Shown here in pieces: positions 39,524 to 52,705 of a DNA stretch of 64,000 bases; positions within the stretch are counted from its first letter, which is position 1; each line of letters opens with the position of its first letter. Source of the stretch: Octopus vulgaris (Eukaryota); contig OX597822.1 in the NCBI GenBank assembly GCA_951406725.2, positions 117,056,001 through 117,120,000 of the forward strand, read 5' to 3'. The position numbers were made by a program, and so were the translations under genes. Under the pieces are notes generated by a model. The model was not told where the DNA came from. It made no database searches and was given only the letters and a program-made list of their open reading frames with translations.

Positions 39524-40099
39524 TATATATACACATACATATATACGACGGGCTTTTTTCAGTTTCCGTCTACCAAATCCATTCACAAGGCATTGGTGGA
39601 CCCAAGGCTATAGTAGAAGACATTTGCCCAAGGTGCCACGCAGTGGGACTGAACCTGGAACCATGTGGTTGGTAAGCAAGCTACTTACCACACAGCCACT
39701 CCTATGCCTATGATGATGATGATGATGATGGTGTGTGTGTGTGTGTGTGTGTGTGTGTGCATGTTTGGCTCATGGTAGTTTAAACAAAAATGAGTCTGGG
39801 AAGATAAGTACCACCCTTAAAAAAAAAGCTACTGGGGCTGATGTGATTGACTTATAATCCTTCAAAGCAGGTGCTCCAGCATGGCCGCAGTGCAACAGCT
39901 GAAACAAGTAAAAGGAAGAACAAAAAACATACAAATCCATAGTAAACTGATGGAAATGTCAGAGCACCAAGTTAGATGCCTTGCTGTATCTGTTCTGGCT
40001 TTTTGCATTGTAATGGCATGATTCAGATGGCACTGTATTGGTCTTAAAATCACTCACCCAGGCCTACATCTTGAGGAGCAGCAGAAATCCACAAGTAAG

Positions 40100-42117
40100 T
40101 CATAACCTAAGTAAACCTTGATCCAGTAGAGGGACCAACTATCTGAATAGACAACACCCTGGTAGATAAAGCAAATAAAAGGTATGAAGCCAGGAAAAGT
40201 TCTTGGCCCATCAGGAATCACTGCTGAGATGCTTAAAATATCTGGTGTGGGCTATGGCCTAGTCACCCGTATTGTAAACCAGAGAGTTCATAATGGAGTC
40301 ATACCCAATGACTGGAGTAACAGCACCATAGTCAAATGCTACAAGGGTAAAGGTGATGCTTTAGATAAAAATAATTACAGGGGTATCAAACTGCTGGGTC
40401 AGGTGGTGAAGGTCACAGTGAGGGTTATAGCCCAACTAATTAGGGAAAGAGTCTGCTTAGATGAGATGCGGTTCGGTTTTGTGCCAGGTAAAAGCACCAG
40501 TGATGCTATATTCCTGGTATGGCAACTGCAAGAGAAATACCTAGCCAAAGATAAACCCCTATACTTGGCTTTTGTTGACCTGGAGAAAGCCTTTGACAGG
40601 GTTCCCCCGATCCCTTACCTAGGAGGCAATGTGGAAACTGGGGTTTGATGAATGGTTAATAAGGGCTGTACAGGCCCTATATAGAGATGCCGTTAGTAAG
40701 GTTAGGGTTGGCAATGAGTATAGTGAAGAATTCCGAGTAGAAGTAGAGGTCCACCAAGGATCAGCCCTCCAAGACCTGGCCCTCATAGCAGAATCACAAC
40801 CAGAACTATAGAAGAAATTTCAAAGTCCTAATAAGTAGGAAGGCAGGCAAACCACAAATCCCTTCAGGTAGATGGCCCTGCTTGATCTGTAGTAGAGGCA
40901 TAGGTAGAAACTCCATAAGATGTACCCAGTGTAAGCTATGGACATATAAGAGGTGCATCAAAGGAAGATTAACCAGGAAGATAGCTTTCGTGTGTGGAAA
41001 ATGCACAGGGGCAATAAACATCACAGATGCTCAGGAAACAGATTCTATCACATGCCAGGGGAATAAACTAGAAGTTGATAGCTTCTGTTACCTAGGTGAC
41101 CAAGTCTGGAGTGGGGGTGGATGCTCAGAGAGTGTTACCACTAGAATAAGAATAGCCTGTGCAAAGTTCAGAAAGCTTCTACCCCTACTGGTGACAAAGG
41201 ACCTCTCGCTCAGAGTGAAAGGTAGATTGTACGATGCATGTGTGCAAACTGCTATGCTTCACGGCAGTAAAACATGGGCCGTGACTGCTGAAGACATGCA
41301 CAGGCTCAAAAGAAATGAAGCTAGCATGATCCGCTGGATGTGTAATGTCAGTGTGCACATACTATGGAGTCTAAGTGCCCTGAGAGAAATGTTGGACATA
41401 AGAAGCATCAGATGTGGTGTGCAAGAGAGATGTTTGCTTTGGTATGGTCATGTACTGCAGCCGGATGAGGAGAGCTGTATGAAGATGTGCCACTCCCTAA
41501 CAGTGGAAGGAATCCGGGGTAGAGGGAGACCCAAGAAGACATGGAGTGAGGTGGTGAGGCATGACCTTCAAACGTTGGGCCTCACAGGGGCAATGACAAA
41601 AGACCAAGACCTCTGGAGGTATGCTGTGACTGAGAAGACCTGGCAAATAAAGTGAGTTCACAGCTGTAACCTACACCAGTGTCGCATAACCAGCCAACTC
41701 AAAAGTACCTTGGATCGTAGGGCGACATGCCGTGGTTGAGGAGACCTAATGAGTCAAGTACATCACAATCAAATGGAAATTGTAGTTGTGGTCCCCATGC
41801 CGGTGGCATGTAAAAAGCACCATCCAAGCATAGCCGATGCCAGCACCGCTTTGACTGGTTCCCATGCCAGTGGCACATAAAAAGCACCATCCAATCATGG
41901 TCAATGCCAGCCCCCTCTGGCCACTGTGCCAGTGGCATGTAAAAAAGCCCAACTACATTCTCGGAGTGGTTGGTGTTAGGAAGGACATCCAGCTGTAGAA
42001 ACTCTACCAGATCAGACTGGAGCCTGGTGCAGCCTCCTGGTTTCCCAGACCCCAGTTGCACCATCCAACCCATGCCAGCATGGAAAACAGACGTTAAATG
42101 ATGATGACGATGATGAT
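40100..42117 (+). mobile_element. RTE-clade LINE, 5'-truncated, decayed ORF2 (RT + PHD-like finger) with 3'UTR and (GAT)n tail
   Basis: ORFs 40184-40648 and 40882-41655 carry non-LTR RT motifs (NYRGIKLL, AFVDLEKAFDRV, QGSAL) and an RTE C-terminus (WYGHV...RGRGRPKKTW). Frameshifts are present and the YADD segment is deleted. Ends gacgttaaatgatgatg. Confidence 0.92.
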
Positions 42118-43500
42118 ATATATCTATATGCGTATATATATATATATATATATATATAAATATATATATAAAGATAAATTAGAGATATTCTACTGACATT
42201 AAATAATTTATTTATATTACAATATTACATTAAATACTATGAATATAACATAATAATATATAAATAATTATAAAAACTGTAAAAGGCCAACAAATTTCAA
42301 TCCAGACCGAATTTCATCTTTCTGAACTGATGGAGCCTGAGGTGACATATATATAATTGAACTGTGAGTTTGTATATCAGAAATCATCATCATCGTTTAA
42401 CATCCGCTTTCCATGCTAGCATGGGTTGGACAGTTCAACTGGGGTCTGGGAAGCCCGAAGGCTGCACCAGGCCAGTCAGATCTGGCAGTGTTTCTACAGC
42501 TGGATGCCCTTCCTAATGCCAACCACTCCGTGAGTGTAGTGGGTGCTTTTTATGGGCCACCAACACAGGTGCCAGACGAGGCTGGTGAATGGCCACGCTC
42601 GGATGGTGCTTTTTACGTGCCACCGGCACGGAGGCCAGGCGAGCCTGGCAACGGCCACGATTGGATGGTGTTTGTTACGTGCCACCAGAAATATATATAT
42701 ATATATATATATAAAGTCGAAATAACTTGTTGGCCTTTTATAGATTTTATAATTATTTATATAGTATTATGTAATGTTATATATTATATTCATAGTATTT
42801 AATATAATATCAATAAATCATAATTTATTGAATATCAATAGAATATCTCTCTATTTAATTTATCTTTATAATTGAATTATACCAATATTTATATGGTATC
42901 TAGCTGAGGTACCAGTGAATTGGATGTTTAAGACGCCCCTTTGAAGGATTTCTTTTCCTCCGTTTGTTACTTTATACATATACACATACATACATCATCA
43001 TCATCGTTTAACGTCCATTCTCCATGCTAGCATGAGTTGGACCCACACACACACACATCAATATCATCATTTAATGTCCACTTTCCATGATAGTTTGACA
43101 GAAGCTGGAAAGGCCAAAAGCCACACCAAGTTCCACTGTCTGTTCTGGCATGGTCTCCGTGGCTGAATGCCCTTCCTAATGCCAACCACTTTACAGAGTG
43201 TACTGGGTGCCTTTTTATGTGGCATGTATATATATATGGCACATAAAAAGTACTCGTTACATTCTTGGAAGGGCATCCAGCCACAAAAGCCATGCCGAAT
43301 TAGGTTGGAATTTGGCCCAGCTCAGCAGCTTACCAGTTTCAGTTAAACCCTCTAACCCATGCCAGCATGGAAAGCAGATGCTAAATGATGATATATATAT
43401 ATATAAGTTCAGCAAAATTTAGATTCAAATGAATATGATACTTAAGTCAGATGCACTAGAATTTTGTATGGTGTTATCCATATAAATCCATGGGGTGATT

Positions 43501-43753
43501 ATAATCAAAGTAAGTAACAAGAATATCTTCGGTAATTTGGTTCAATCGTTTCACACATCATTTTATTAAACATTGTAAGTATTACAACAGTTTTAAAATG
43601 TTGAGCAATCATCAGCCATTCATAGAGGTTTTCTATCAATACATATACTTATTTCCATGTTAATTAACATGGAAATAAGTATATGTAATACTGATGTAGG
43701 TGAAACGATCGTACCAAATTACCGAAGATATTCTTGTTGCTTACTTTGATTAT
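43501..43753. repeat. Foldback element with internal perfect 48-bp palindrome (43640-43687)
   Basis: Outer arms 43501-43560 / ~43692-43753. Inner tacatatacttatttccatgttaa|ttaacatggaaataagtatatgta. Confidence 0.88.
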
Positions 43754-44079
43754 GTGTGTACATATATACACACACACAAAGAAGTTCTCTGGTGGTTTTG
43801 ACATTTGAAAGGAACGTGACTACTCTTGTAAGTGTCATAATCTAAATAAGCAGATGTATATGGTGGTTGTTAATTCGCTATCAACTATAACCGCCTTTCG
43901 TGCTTCCTTTGAAAATGTAGCGCATCCCTGTCATAGGCACTTGTAATGATGAAGATAACTATCAGTGCAACAAGAGCAAGACTCTGCCTCCACAACACCA
44001 ACGGCACCCCAACAGACGATCTAGCCCTGCTGATGGCCAAAGAATGGCAATTGCTATCACCTACACTACACATTTCATA

Positions 44080-44447
44080 TCTCTCTATATATAAACGGCA
44101 AAATGTCTGTGTGTGTGTGTTCTTTATACAAATCCACAATTTTTCAGTTAGAGGGCTCGCACTTTCTATGGTCAATCAAAACCATCCAAGGGTGGTCGTA
44201 CACATCTTTACATTTCCCCAGTCACCCTGCAAAGCCATTAAAAAAATCAATAGAAGTGACTTTTTGTGAATTTTCTATCCAAAACCCAATCAAAATGCCC
44301 AAAACTTGATACGCCAATTGAATGCCAGCTAGCTGTATGTGATTGGTCGGAGATTTGGACAGTACTCGCGTGTGTATGTGCGCACGCACGCAGCTGTATA
44401 TGCATGCACTAGCACTACGACCCAGTGTTGCCAGGTCACAGTGCTAG
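44080..44447 (+). mobile_element. Non-autonomous Helitron
   Basis: A|TCTCTCTATATATAAA start, gacccagtgttgccaggtc hairpin, CTAG|T end. Confidence 0.82.
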
Positions 44448-45284
44448 TGTTTATGTAAATGTCAGAACAACGGAAGTAGAAGTATTTTCATTGTCATAGA
44501 CATGCATGGTACCTCAAGTGGTCCCAAGAAATTCAAAGCAACTTGTGTCGTTGTTGTCGGTAGTGGTGGTAGTGATGGGGGGGGGGGATGTTTGCACAAC
44601 AAAAATGTCAATCTCCAAACCAGCAACAATAACAATGAATGAACAAATAAAAACAAGGCTAGGTACTACGAACACTAGATTTTCAGTAAGAGTATCTTTC
44701 TCCTGTGTGCATTTATGTATCCGCGTGTGTGTGTGTGTGTGCGATCACTTCGACACCTGACAAGTGGTACACTGAGCACCTGTTCAGGTAACATCAATTT
44801 GATGGAGAGAGTGAGATAATGTGTGGCACTAACATTCGATCACTATAAACAAATCATTTTTGCAGGTCATATGGCAAAATATGAACAATCATGTGTCGTC
44901 TTCGACGAGGAGTCCACCTTATATATATTATATATTTCTTTACTGCCCAGAAGGGGCTAAACATAGAGGGGACAAACAAAGACAGACGAAGGGATTGAGT
45001 CGATTATATCACCCCAGTGCGAAACTGGTACTTTATTTATCGACTCCGAAAGGATGAAAGGCAAAGTTGACCTCGGCGGAATTTGAACTCAGAACGTAAC
45101 GACAGACGAAATACCGCTTGGCAGTGTAGTTAAAATATTTGCTTCCCAACCACATGGTTTCAGGTTCAGTTCCACTGCTTGGCACCTTGAGCAAGTGTCT
45201 TCTGCAATAGCCCTGTATCAACCAAAGACTTGTGAATGAATTTGGAAGTAGAAACAGGAAGAAACCTGCCATATGCATATATAT

Positions 45285-46420
45285 ACAGGGTGCGTAATGT
45301 ATTTGAGGACATACCTTTTTTGGGGTCATTGCTGCATTTTTTGCTAACTCTGTATAATCTTTGTTTCAGAAAATAGTAATGGCAGACCCTCACCTTACTC
45401 AAGAAATGAAGAGGAATGCTGTTATTGAGGTTATAAAGGCTGAGCAAAGCGATTTAGAAATATCTCGATTTTTAAAAGTTGTCAGATCTTTCGTCTACAA
45501 AGTTTGTAAGGAGCTAAAGACTGAAGATGGAAACGTATCACCAGTATCAAAGCATAAAAAGCATTCTAAATGCTCTGAAATCATCAGAACACCTGACTTT
45601 ATCCAGCAAATTCAACAGATCATTGATTAAAATTCTAGAAAGTCCATGAGGTCAATTGCAAAAGATCTCAATGTGTCAGAAGGAACAGTCAGAAATGTTG
45701 TCCACAAAGACATCAGATATAAGTCTTATATGATGAGGAAAGGTCAATTTGTCAGAAAGAGCAAAAGAAAATCATTACATAAGATCTAAAACTGAAAAAA
45801 TCCAGCAGAAAAGATTTGATTTGGTTTTTCTCAAATGAGAAAAACTTCGACCAAGATCAAAAAGTTAACAGAAGAAATGACAGATGGTTATGTGCAGACC
45901 CTTCTGAAGTTCCAAGTGTTATGCATACAAAAATTCATACAACTGTCATGGTTTCAGATGTCAGCAATGAAGGACATGTGATGCCTCCTTACTTCTTTCC
46001 ACAAGGAAACTCTGCCACCTACATTGAGGTCCGGGAAATAATTGTTAAGCCCTGGATAGACTATGTATGCAATAGAAGGCCATATGTGTTTCGGTAAGAC
46101 TCTGCACTATCACACATGGCTCTAGTAAAACAGGAATGGATGGCTGAAAATTTTTATGATCACATAACCCCTAACATTTGGCCTCCTAATTCCCCAGATC
46201 TCATTCCATTGGACTATTACATGTGGAGCCTTGTTGAGAGAGAGAGGTCAATGAACATGCCCATAACACCAAAGACACTTTGAAAGCTGCCTAGTAAGAG
46301 TAATGTCCAAAATGAACCAGGACCACTTGATTCGAGCATGTAGATGATGTAGATCTCATACAGAAGCAGTTGTTGAAGCTGAAGGTGGCTTTATTGAATA
46401 ACATTTTATAAAAGAAGGTT
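45285..46420 (+). mobile_element. Decayed Tc1/mariner transposon, probably maT (DD37D) group; right end not identified
   Basis: Starts TA|cagggtg. Remnants FFSNEKNF, NRRNDRWL, VMPPYFF and WPPNSPDLIPLDYY, with stops and frameshifts. Confidence 0.85.
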
Positions 46421-47639
46421 TATTAAACAACACTGAAAGCCACTGGAATTGAGCCTAAGTTGTTTGAAACACAAGCCTGAGACTGTACCAAGTGGCAGTG
46501 TTCCATCACCATGGCAACTAAAAACTTCAAAACCACCAAAAGAGAAAAGGAAGAACTCAAATGATAAAAGAGAAAGGCTTGACAAAATCATCTTCGCCCT
46601 CTGCCAACATTACCATACAGTCAAAGCCATCGACTCTTCTATGTCAGAACTAGTCTACAGAGTCATCAACATCATCATCATCATCATCATAAATGAAGCA
46701 TTCAGCAAAGAAGAAAATAACTATCATCATCATTATCTAATGTCCATTGTCCATGCTGGCATGGGTTGGACAGTTTGACTGGGCTGGTGTGCTGCACCAG
46801 ACACCAGTCTGATTTGACATGGTTTTCTACAACTGGATGCCCTTCCTAACGCTAATCATTCTGAGGGTGTAATGGGTGCTTTTACATGCCACTGGCATGG
46901 GTTCCAAATTGCGTAACACTGGTATCTGCTACCATTGCAATTTTGCTCAGTTTGATGGGTCTTCTTCTCAAGCATGACATAATGCCAAAGGTCTTCGTCA
47001 ATACCTCTGTGAGGCCCAACAATTGAGAAGAATTCAGCCACTTTCCCTCTGTGTGGCCCAATGTTCGAAAGATGTTCTTTACATGCCACCAGCACGGGTG
47101 CACTTGGCTTGACGGGTCCTCTCAAGCACAGCACATTGCCAAAGATCTCGGTCACCAGTCATTGCCTTTGTGAGGCTCAAAGTTCAAAGATATATATACT
47201 TTTATGTGTTTCAATATAAAGGCTGTAGCCATTCCTGTGTGGTTGGAGCTGGCTTTTGGTGGATGAGGGAGTTTGATATTACAGATGAACTACTGACAAA
47301 TGTCTCCCATAAGACCATCATAGTTTCCTGGACCCATGTTCTTAAAGTTATCAGAATCCATCTGATTATTCACCTGCACATTACCACCACTTTGCTATTA
47401 TGCATATGAAATGATGTATCATTGCTCATATCAATCGCCAGTTGATGCACTTCATTTGACTCCAGGACTGCCACTGCTTTTGGTCCAAAGTTGGCTGATA
47501 GCAGAAAGCTTGGAATTTTCCTGCATTAATTTGCATGTTGTTTTCTTCAGCTCATTTGTATGTGGCATCTAGATCTTGCTGTAGAAGAATAGCATCAAGA
47601 GGATGTTTTTGACTTCTTGTGCTGCTTTTGTACCATTGG

Positions 47640-47900
47640 CTTAGCTAGTAAGAGCAGCTGCCCATCATACAACTGACAGCATATCTGAGAGGGCCACTAT
47701 AAGCAGCAGCAGCCCCAAGACAGTTTCCTGAGGCAATCCAGTCACTGTTAAAGTCTCTTTGGAGAGGGCCCCTCTGGCTGCTACAGCACGGTTTCTGGCT
47801 TTTAAGAAGTCATGTAACCACTCTCCCAGTTTTCCGACTATGCCAAGTCTTAGCAGCTTGTGACATATCACCCCATGGTCAATCTTTGATAACGCTGATC
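47640..47900 (-). mobile_element. CR1-like LINE RT fragment
   Basis: DHGVICHKLLRLGIVGKLGEWLHDFL...GLPQETVLGLLL matches the RT region around GVPQGSVLGP. Confidence 0.72.
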
Positions 47901-47989
47901 ATAGGATATATACATACATTATCCTACAATGCGTTTGCAGTACCAGTGCTGATTTAAACATTTGGGATACTTGACTATTCTGAATAAGA

Positions 47990-49190
47990 AATTCATTCCA
48001 TAAATGCACAAAATACTGACATCAACTGGAAATCTACACAGAAATAGTGATATCAACAGGATCTATCTGAGAAGAGATTAAGGAGGTAGAGCTTAGGAGA
48101 ATTGCAGAAAGCCTTTGAATGTCATAGAGTCTGTCTCACACAACACTCGCTAAACAACTGCAGGAAAAATAAATACATTAACTGAGAGTGGTGAAAAGTA
48201 AAGAGAACAAGACTCTATGTGCCGGCAGCAAGTTCGTGAGGAAGCACTCTCTTCCTGATGACCTCCCATACAACCTCAAAACAGCTGGACTAACTAACAT
48301 ACCTCAAAGACCTGGATGTGAAATGCTCAGCATGGCAAAAAAGACTTGAAGAAGAAAGTAATACTGGCATAAAGCTCAGCCTCTCTTGGAATCATGACCA
48401 CTACATCAAATCACATTCCGAAGGCTATGAATTTGTATTACAAGAACAGGAGATTACCACAAAATCCCTAATGAGCAAAAGAGAAAGTGAAGCCTTTGGA
48501 GCCCCAAAATGCAAGTGAAAATGTAGATTATGTCATATTTGTGTGGAAAACGTCACAGGTGATTAGCAGATGTCCAAAAATGTCATCAAGGTACCACCTC
48601 CCTATGCAATGTGACATTGTTGCAAAAACAACATACAATGCCATTCGAAAAAAGGGCTATCCTGGAATAAATATAGAGAATCCCCTTGTTATTGAATACA
48701 TACAGAAACATCCACACAAAGAATACTGGTGGAACATTCTCATCAAAACAGCTGTCTCAAGTGTAAACATAAGAGGCTGGATATTGTTGTTTGGGGCAGA
48801 CAAGACAAAGTATGTACTGTCATAGAGGTTAGCTGTTCTGCTGGCATGAATATCTCTTTGAAAATCAAAGAGAAAGAGGACAACTGCTTTGAAACCTCCA
48901 GTTTCTGTGTCCAGATTATAAATTCACATTTATACCAATTATAATTGGCACACTTGGTTTTGGGAATAAATTCCTAAGTGACAATCCAGATAAGCTAGGG
49001 CTTACAGGAAAAGAAATCAGCTAATTTGTACATTATGAATACAATCTGTAAGTGGAACAGTAAAGATATGCAAGACTTTCCCCAAATTTAAAATGTGATG
49101 TTTTTGTTATCTACATTCTAACAATGGAGCTTTGTATCTGTATTAGAAACCAGCTCCTTCTTCAGGGGAAGAACTTAAATAATTAAAAAG
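47990..49190 (+). mobile_element. Decayed R4/Dong-like LINE (restriction-like endonuclease) 3' part
   Basis: Remnants ISRCPKMSSRYHLP...DIVAK and KRLDIVVWGRQDKVCTVIEVSC, an RPD...(D/E)xK-type RLE motif. Confidence 0.65.
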
Positions 49191-51376
49191 AAAAGAGAAC
49201 ATAAATACACACACACATGGATAGCTCAATTAACTGGCTTCTTTTCTAGAACATCAGCTAATGTCAGTTAAGAAGCACGTTTCTTAGTCTGTAAACATTC
49301 ATCAGTTCAACCTAGAAGCTATGCATGCCACGGAGATCAGCACCAATTTGAAACTCAATCACTTCTTTCTTTGCATCACTCCAACTTCACCACAAGGAGT
49401 ACTATTACAGTGTTTCTGAATTTAGCTGACCACTTATTGATCAGCCAGATGCATTTCATACTCATCAGGAAAATGAGCAGATGATTGGCAGAGAATATGA
49501 AGTCATCTCCTGGAGAAAAAGGTCTCACCCAGGAAAGACCAGTGATTAGTATCTTCAGAATAAGGGTTTGATGGAGCCAGAGAGAATCTAGAGAAAAGGC
49601 TACATGGAAATAGAAAGTACTATCAATCAACTTTTGGTTCAGAAAAGTACGAGTTGATGCATATGACAAGAGAGAGGAGATAGAAAATTACAACACGGAG
49701 AATGGCTTAAGAGTTTTTGTGAGACAATCTAACGAGGACAACAAAATAATTTGTGGCAGGTGCAGGATCTCAACCAAAATGAGGGCAACATTGTTGAGAA
49801 ATAGTTCTGTAGAGAGACCTATAAAGGCTAAGAGACAAGCTTGGAAAAGAAAGGAGAAGGCAGCAAAGAGGAATGTGAAGTAGCAGGAAGAGAAGTTAGG
49901 CCTCTTGTATATTTAGCAAGGGGAGAGACCGACAGTAAAATGCTTACTTAATGTTCTAAGATATGAAGACCACCATCATCATCATCGTTTAACGTCCGCT
50001 TTCCATGCTAGCATGGGTTGGATGGTTCGACCGGGGTCTGGGAAGCCAGGAGGCAGCACCAGGCCCAGTCTGATCTGGCAGTGTTTCTACAGCTGGATGC
50101 CCTTCCTAAAGCCAACCACTTCATGAGTGTAGTGGGTGCTTTTTACGTGCCACCGGCACTGGTATCACAACTACAATTTCCATTGATTTTTGATCAATTT
50201 CGATTTCACTTGCCTCAACAGGTCTTTGCAAGCAGAGTTTTGTGTCCCAAGAAGGAAAGGCATGTATAAGTGGACTGGCTACATCCCAGGTAAAGGCCAC
50301 AGGTTGTGAGATATTCCTGATTGCAAGGCAGTGTCGTTGTCATCATCATTGTTTAATATCTGCTCTCCATGCTAGCATGGGTTGGATGGTTCAACATGGA
50401 GTTGGCTAGCAGAGAGCTGTCCAGACTCCACTTGTCTGTTGTAGCATGGTTTCTACAGCTGGATGCCCTTCCTAACGTCAACCAGAGAACGCTGGATGCT
50501 TTTTATATGCCACAGGCACAAGTACGTTAACACAGCACTGGCACAGGTGTGTTAATGCAACAACAGCAGCACAGGTGCTTTTTAAGTGGCACCAGCTCTT
50601 GAAAGGACAAGCCCGTATGTGTGGAAGACAGCGGTTTTCCTTAACTTGACATGTCTTATCAAGTACAGCAAATTGCCACATATGTCTAAGAAAAAATTCA
50701 GATTGTGTCTGGGAGACATGCATACAGATTGGTAAAAACACACTTGATCTTGAAAAGAGGTATGAGGGTGTTATTACAAGAGGTTGATAAATGAGAATGG
50801 GTGGAAGAAAGAGAGGGATTTCCAGCATAAGCCCAAAAGAAACCAGCCATTCTTGGAGACAACACTATGCTAGATAAAGCAATTAAGGATATGAAGGCAG
50901 AGAAAGTCCCTACGTCATCAAAAGTTACCAGTGAGATGCCTAAAATGTCTGGTAGAATAGAAAATAGTCAAGTCACCCACATAGTTAATAAGGTAGCAAA
51001 GGAAGATGTAATACTCAATGACAGGCATATAGCATCATCATCATCAACTTTTACAAGGGAAAAGGAGATCCATTAGAGAGAAGAAAGTAGAGGTTATGCA
51101 AGCTATGGAAAGAATTATAGCTCAATTGATGAGAAAGAGAATTAACCGAGATGCGATGCAGATTGTTTTTGTACCAGGAAATGCCACCAAAATAAAGATG
51201 AAGTCCTTAGACAAGCATAGACCCCTATAACAAGAATTTTAGTCGGACAAATCCACCCCAGTACTTATTTTATAAAGACTGGTACTTATCCTAGGAGTCT
51301 CTTTTGCTGCACAGCTAAGTTACAGGGATGTAAACAAACCAACACTGGTTGCCAAGCAGCGGGAGAATAGACACAA

Positions 51377-51443
<67 letters not shown>

Positions 51444-51751
51444 ATACATATGACAGACTTTTTCAGTTTCCGCTTAGCAAATCCACTGAGAAGGCTAAGC
51501 TGAAGACACTTGCCTAAGATTTGTAACACACATAGACTGTCCATCCTGGTTTTTAGAATAGGTACATAGCATCCCTGCATGTCTTAAGAGCTGACTAAAA
51601 GCGTTGGTGACAGGAAGGGCATTTAGTTGTAAAAGAGTGTCTGAGAAAACTCGACTAATGCACGTCAGTATGGAAAAGTTAACAACAATTACATCGGTTA
51701 TATACACATAGACATATATACATTAATAAAAGCACACATACACACACAAAT

Positions 51752-52272
51752 ATCCCGGCAGGACAAGTGAGTCCATAACCCGTGGCCTTCTACTTGGGAT
51801 GGAGCCAGCCTACGTATGTATACCTTCCCTTCTTGGGACACAAAACTCTACTTGTGAAGACCTGTTGAGGCAAGTGAGGATCAGAATCGAAATCGATCAA
51901 TGGAAATTGCAGATGTGTTACCAGTGCCGGTGGCATGTAAGAGAACCTTCCGTCTCGCGACCGTTGCCAGCACCGCCCCGTTTTGTGTCTGTTGCCAGCC
52001 TCGCCTGGCCCTTGTGCCGGTGGCACATAAAAAGCACCATCCGTTCATGGCCGTTTGCCAGCTCTGTCTGGCACTTGTGCGGGTGGCACGTAAAAAGCAC
52101 CCACTACACTCACGGAGTGGTTGGCGTTAGGAAGGGCATCCAGCCGTAGAAACACTGCCAGATTTGACTGGGCCTGATGAAGCCTTCTGGCTTCACAGAC
52201 CCCAGTAGAACCATCCAACCCATGCTAGCATGGAAAACGGACGCTAAACGACGATGATGATGATGATGATGA
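51752..52272 (+). mobile_element. RTE LINE 3'UTR copy nearly identical to 7116-7735
   Basis: Sequence and ORF-track peptides match the 7.1-7.7 kb copy in opposite orientation. (GAT)n tail. Confidence 0.9.
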
Positions 52273-52281
52273 TATATATAT

Positions 52282-52433
52282 ATATAATTAGTGAATGGAA
52301 GAAATGGAGTTGAACGAAGATTGTACAGAATTCCTTTTATTACATTCTACACGTTGAAACATGTGTAGAATGTAATAAAAGGAATTCTGTACAATCTTCG
52401 TTCAACTCCATTTCTTTCATTCACTAATTATAT
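52282..52433. repeat. Near-perfect foldback (71-bp arms, 10-nt loop)
   Basis: atataattagtgaatg...ctacac [gttgaaacat] gtgtag...cattcactaattatat, one mismatch. Confidence 0.92.
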
Positions 52434-52590
52434 TAAACTTCAATTATCCGCACCAACGCACGGTTGCAACACCAAATGGTCTTATCTCCAACCGTGTTTT
52501 TTTCTGCTGTGATTTTTGCTACCCAGGTATCGGTTAAACTTTTGAATAATCTGTAACAAGAAAATTCATCTTTCCATTTCAACAAACATA

Positions 52591-52624
<34 letters not shown>

Positions 52625-52705
52625 GTTAATCCAAACATGAAAACACAACAACGCAAGGACGTGGAACAAGTATAGTGTTATTGGAAAGGAAAGAAAGAAA
52701 GAGGA

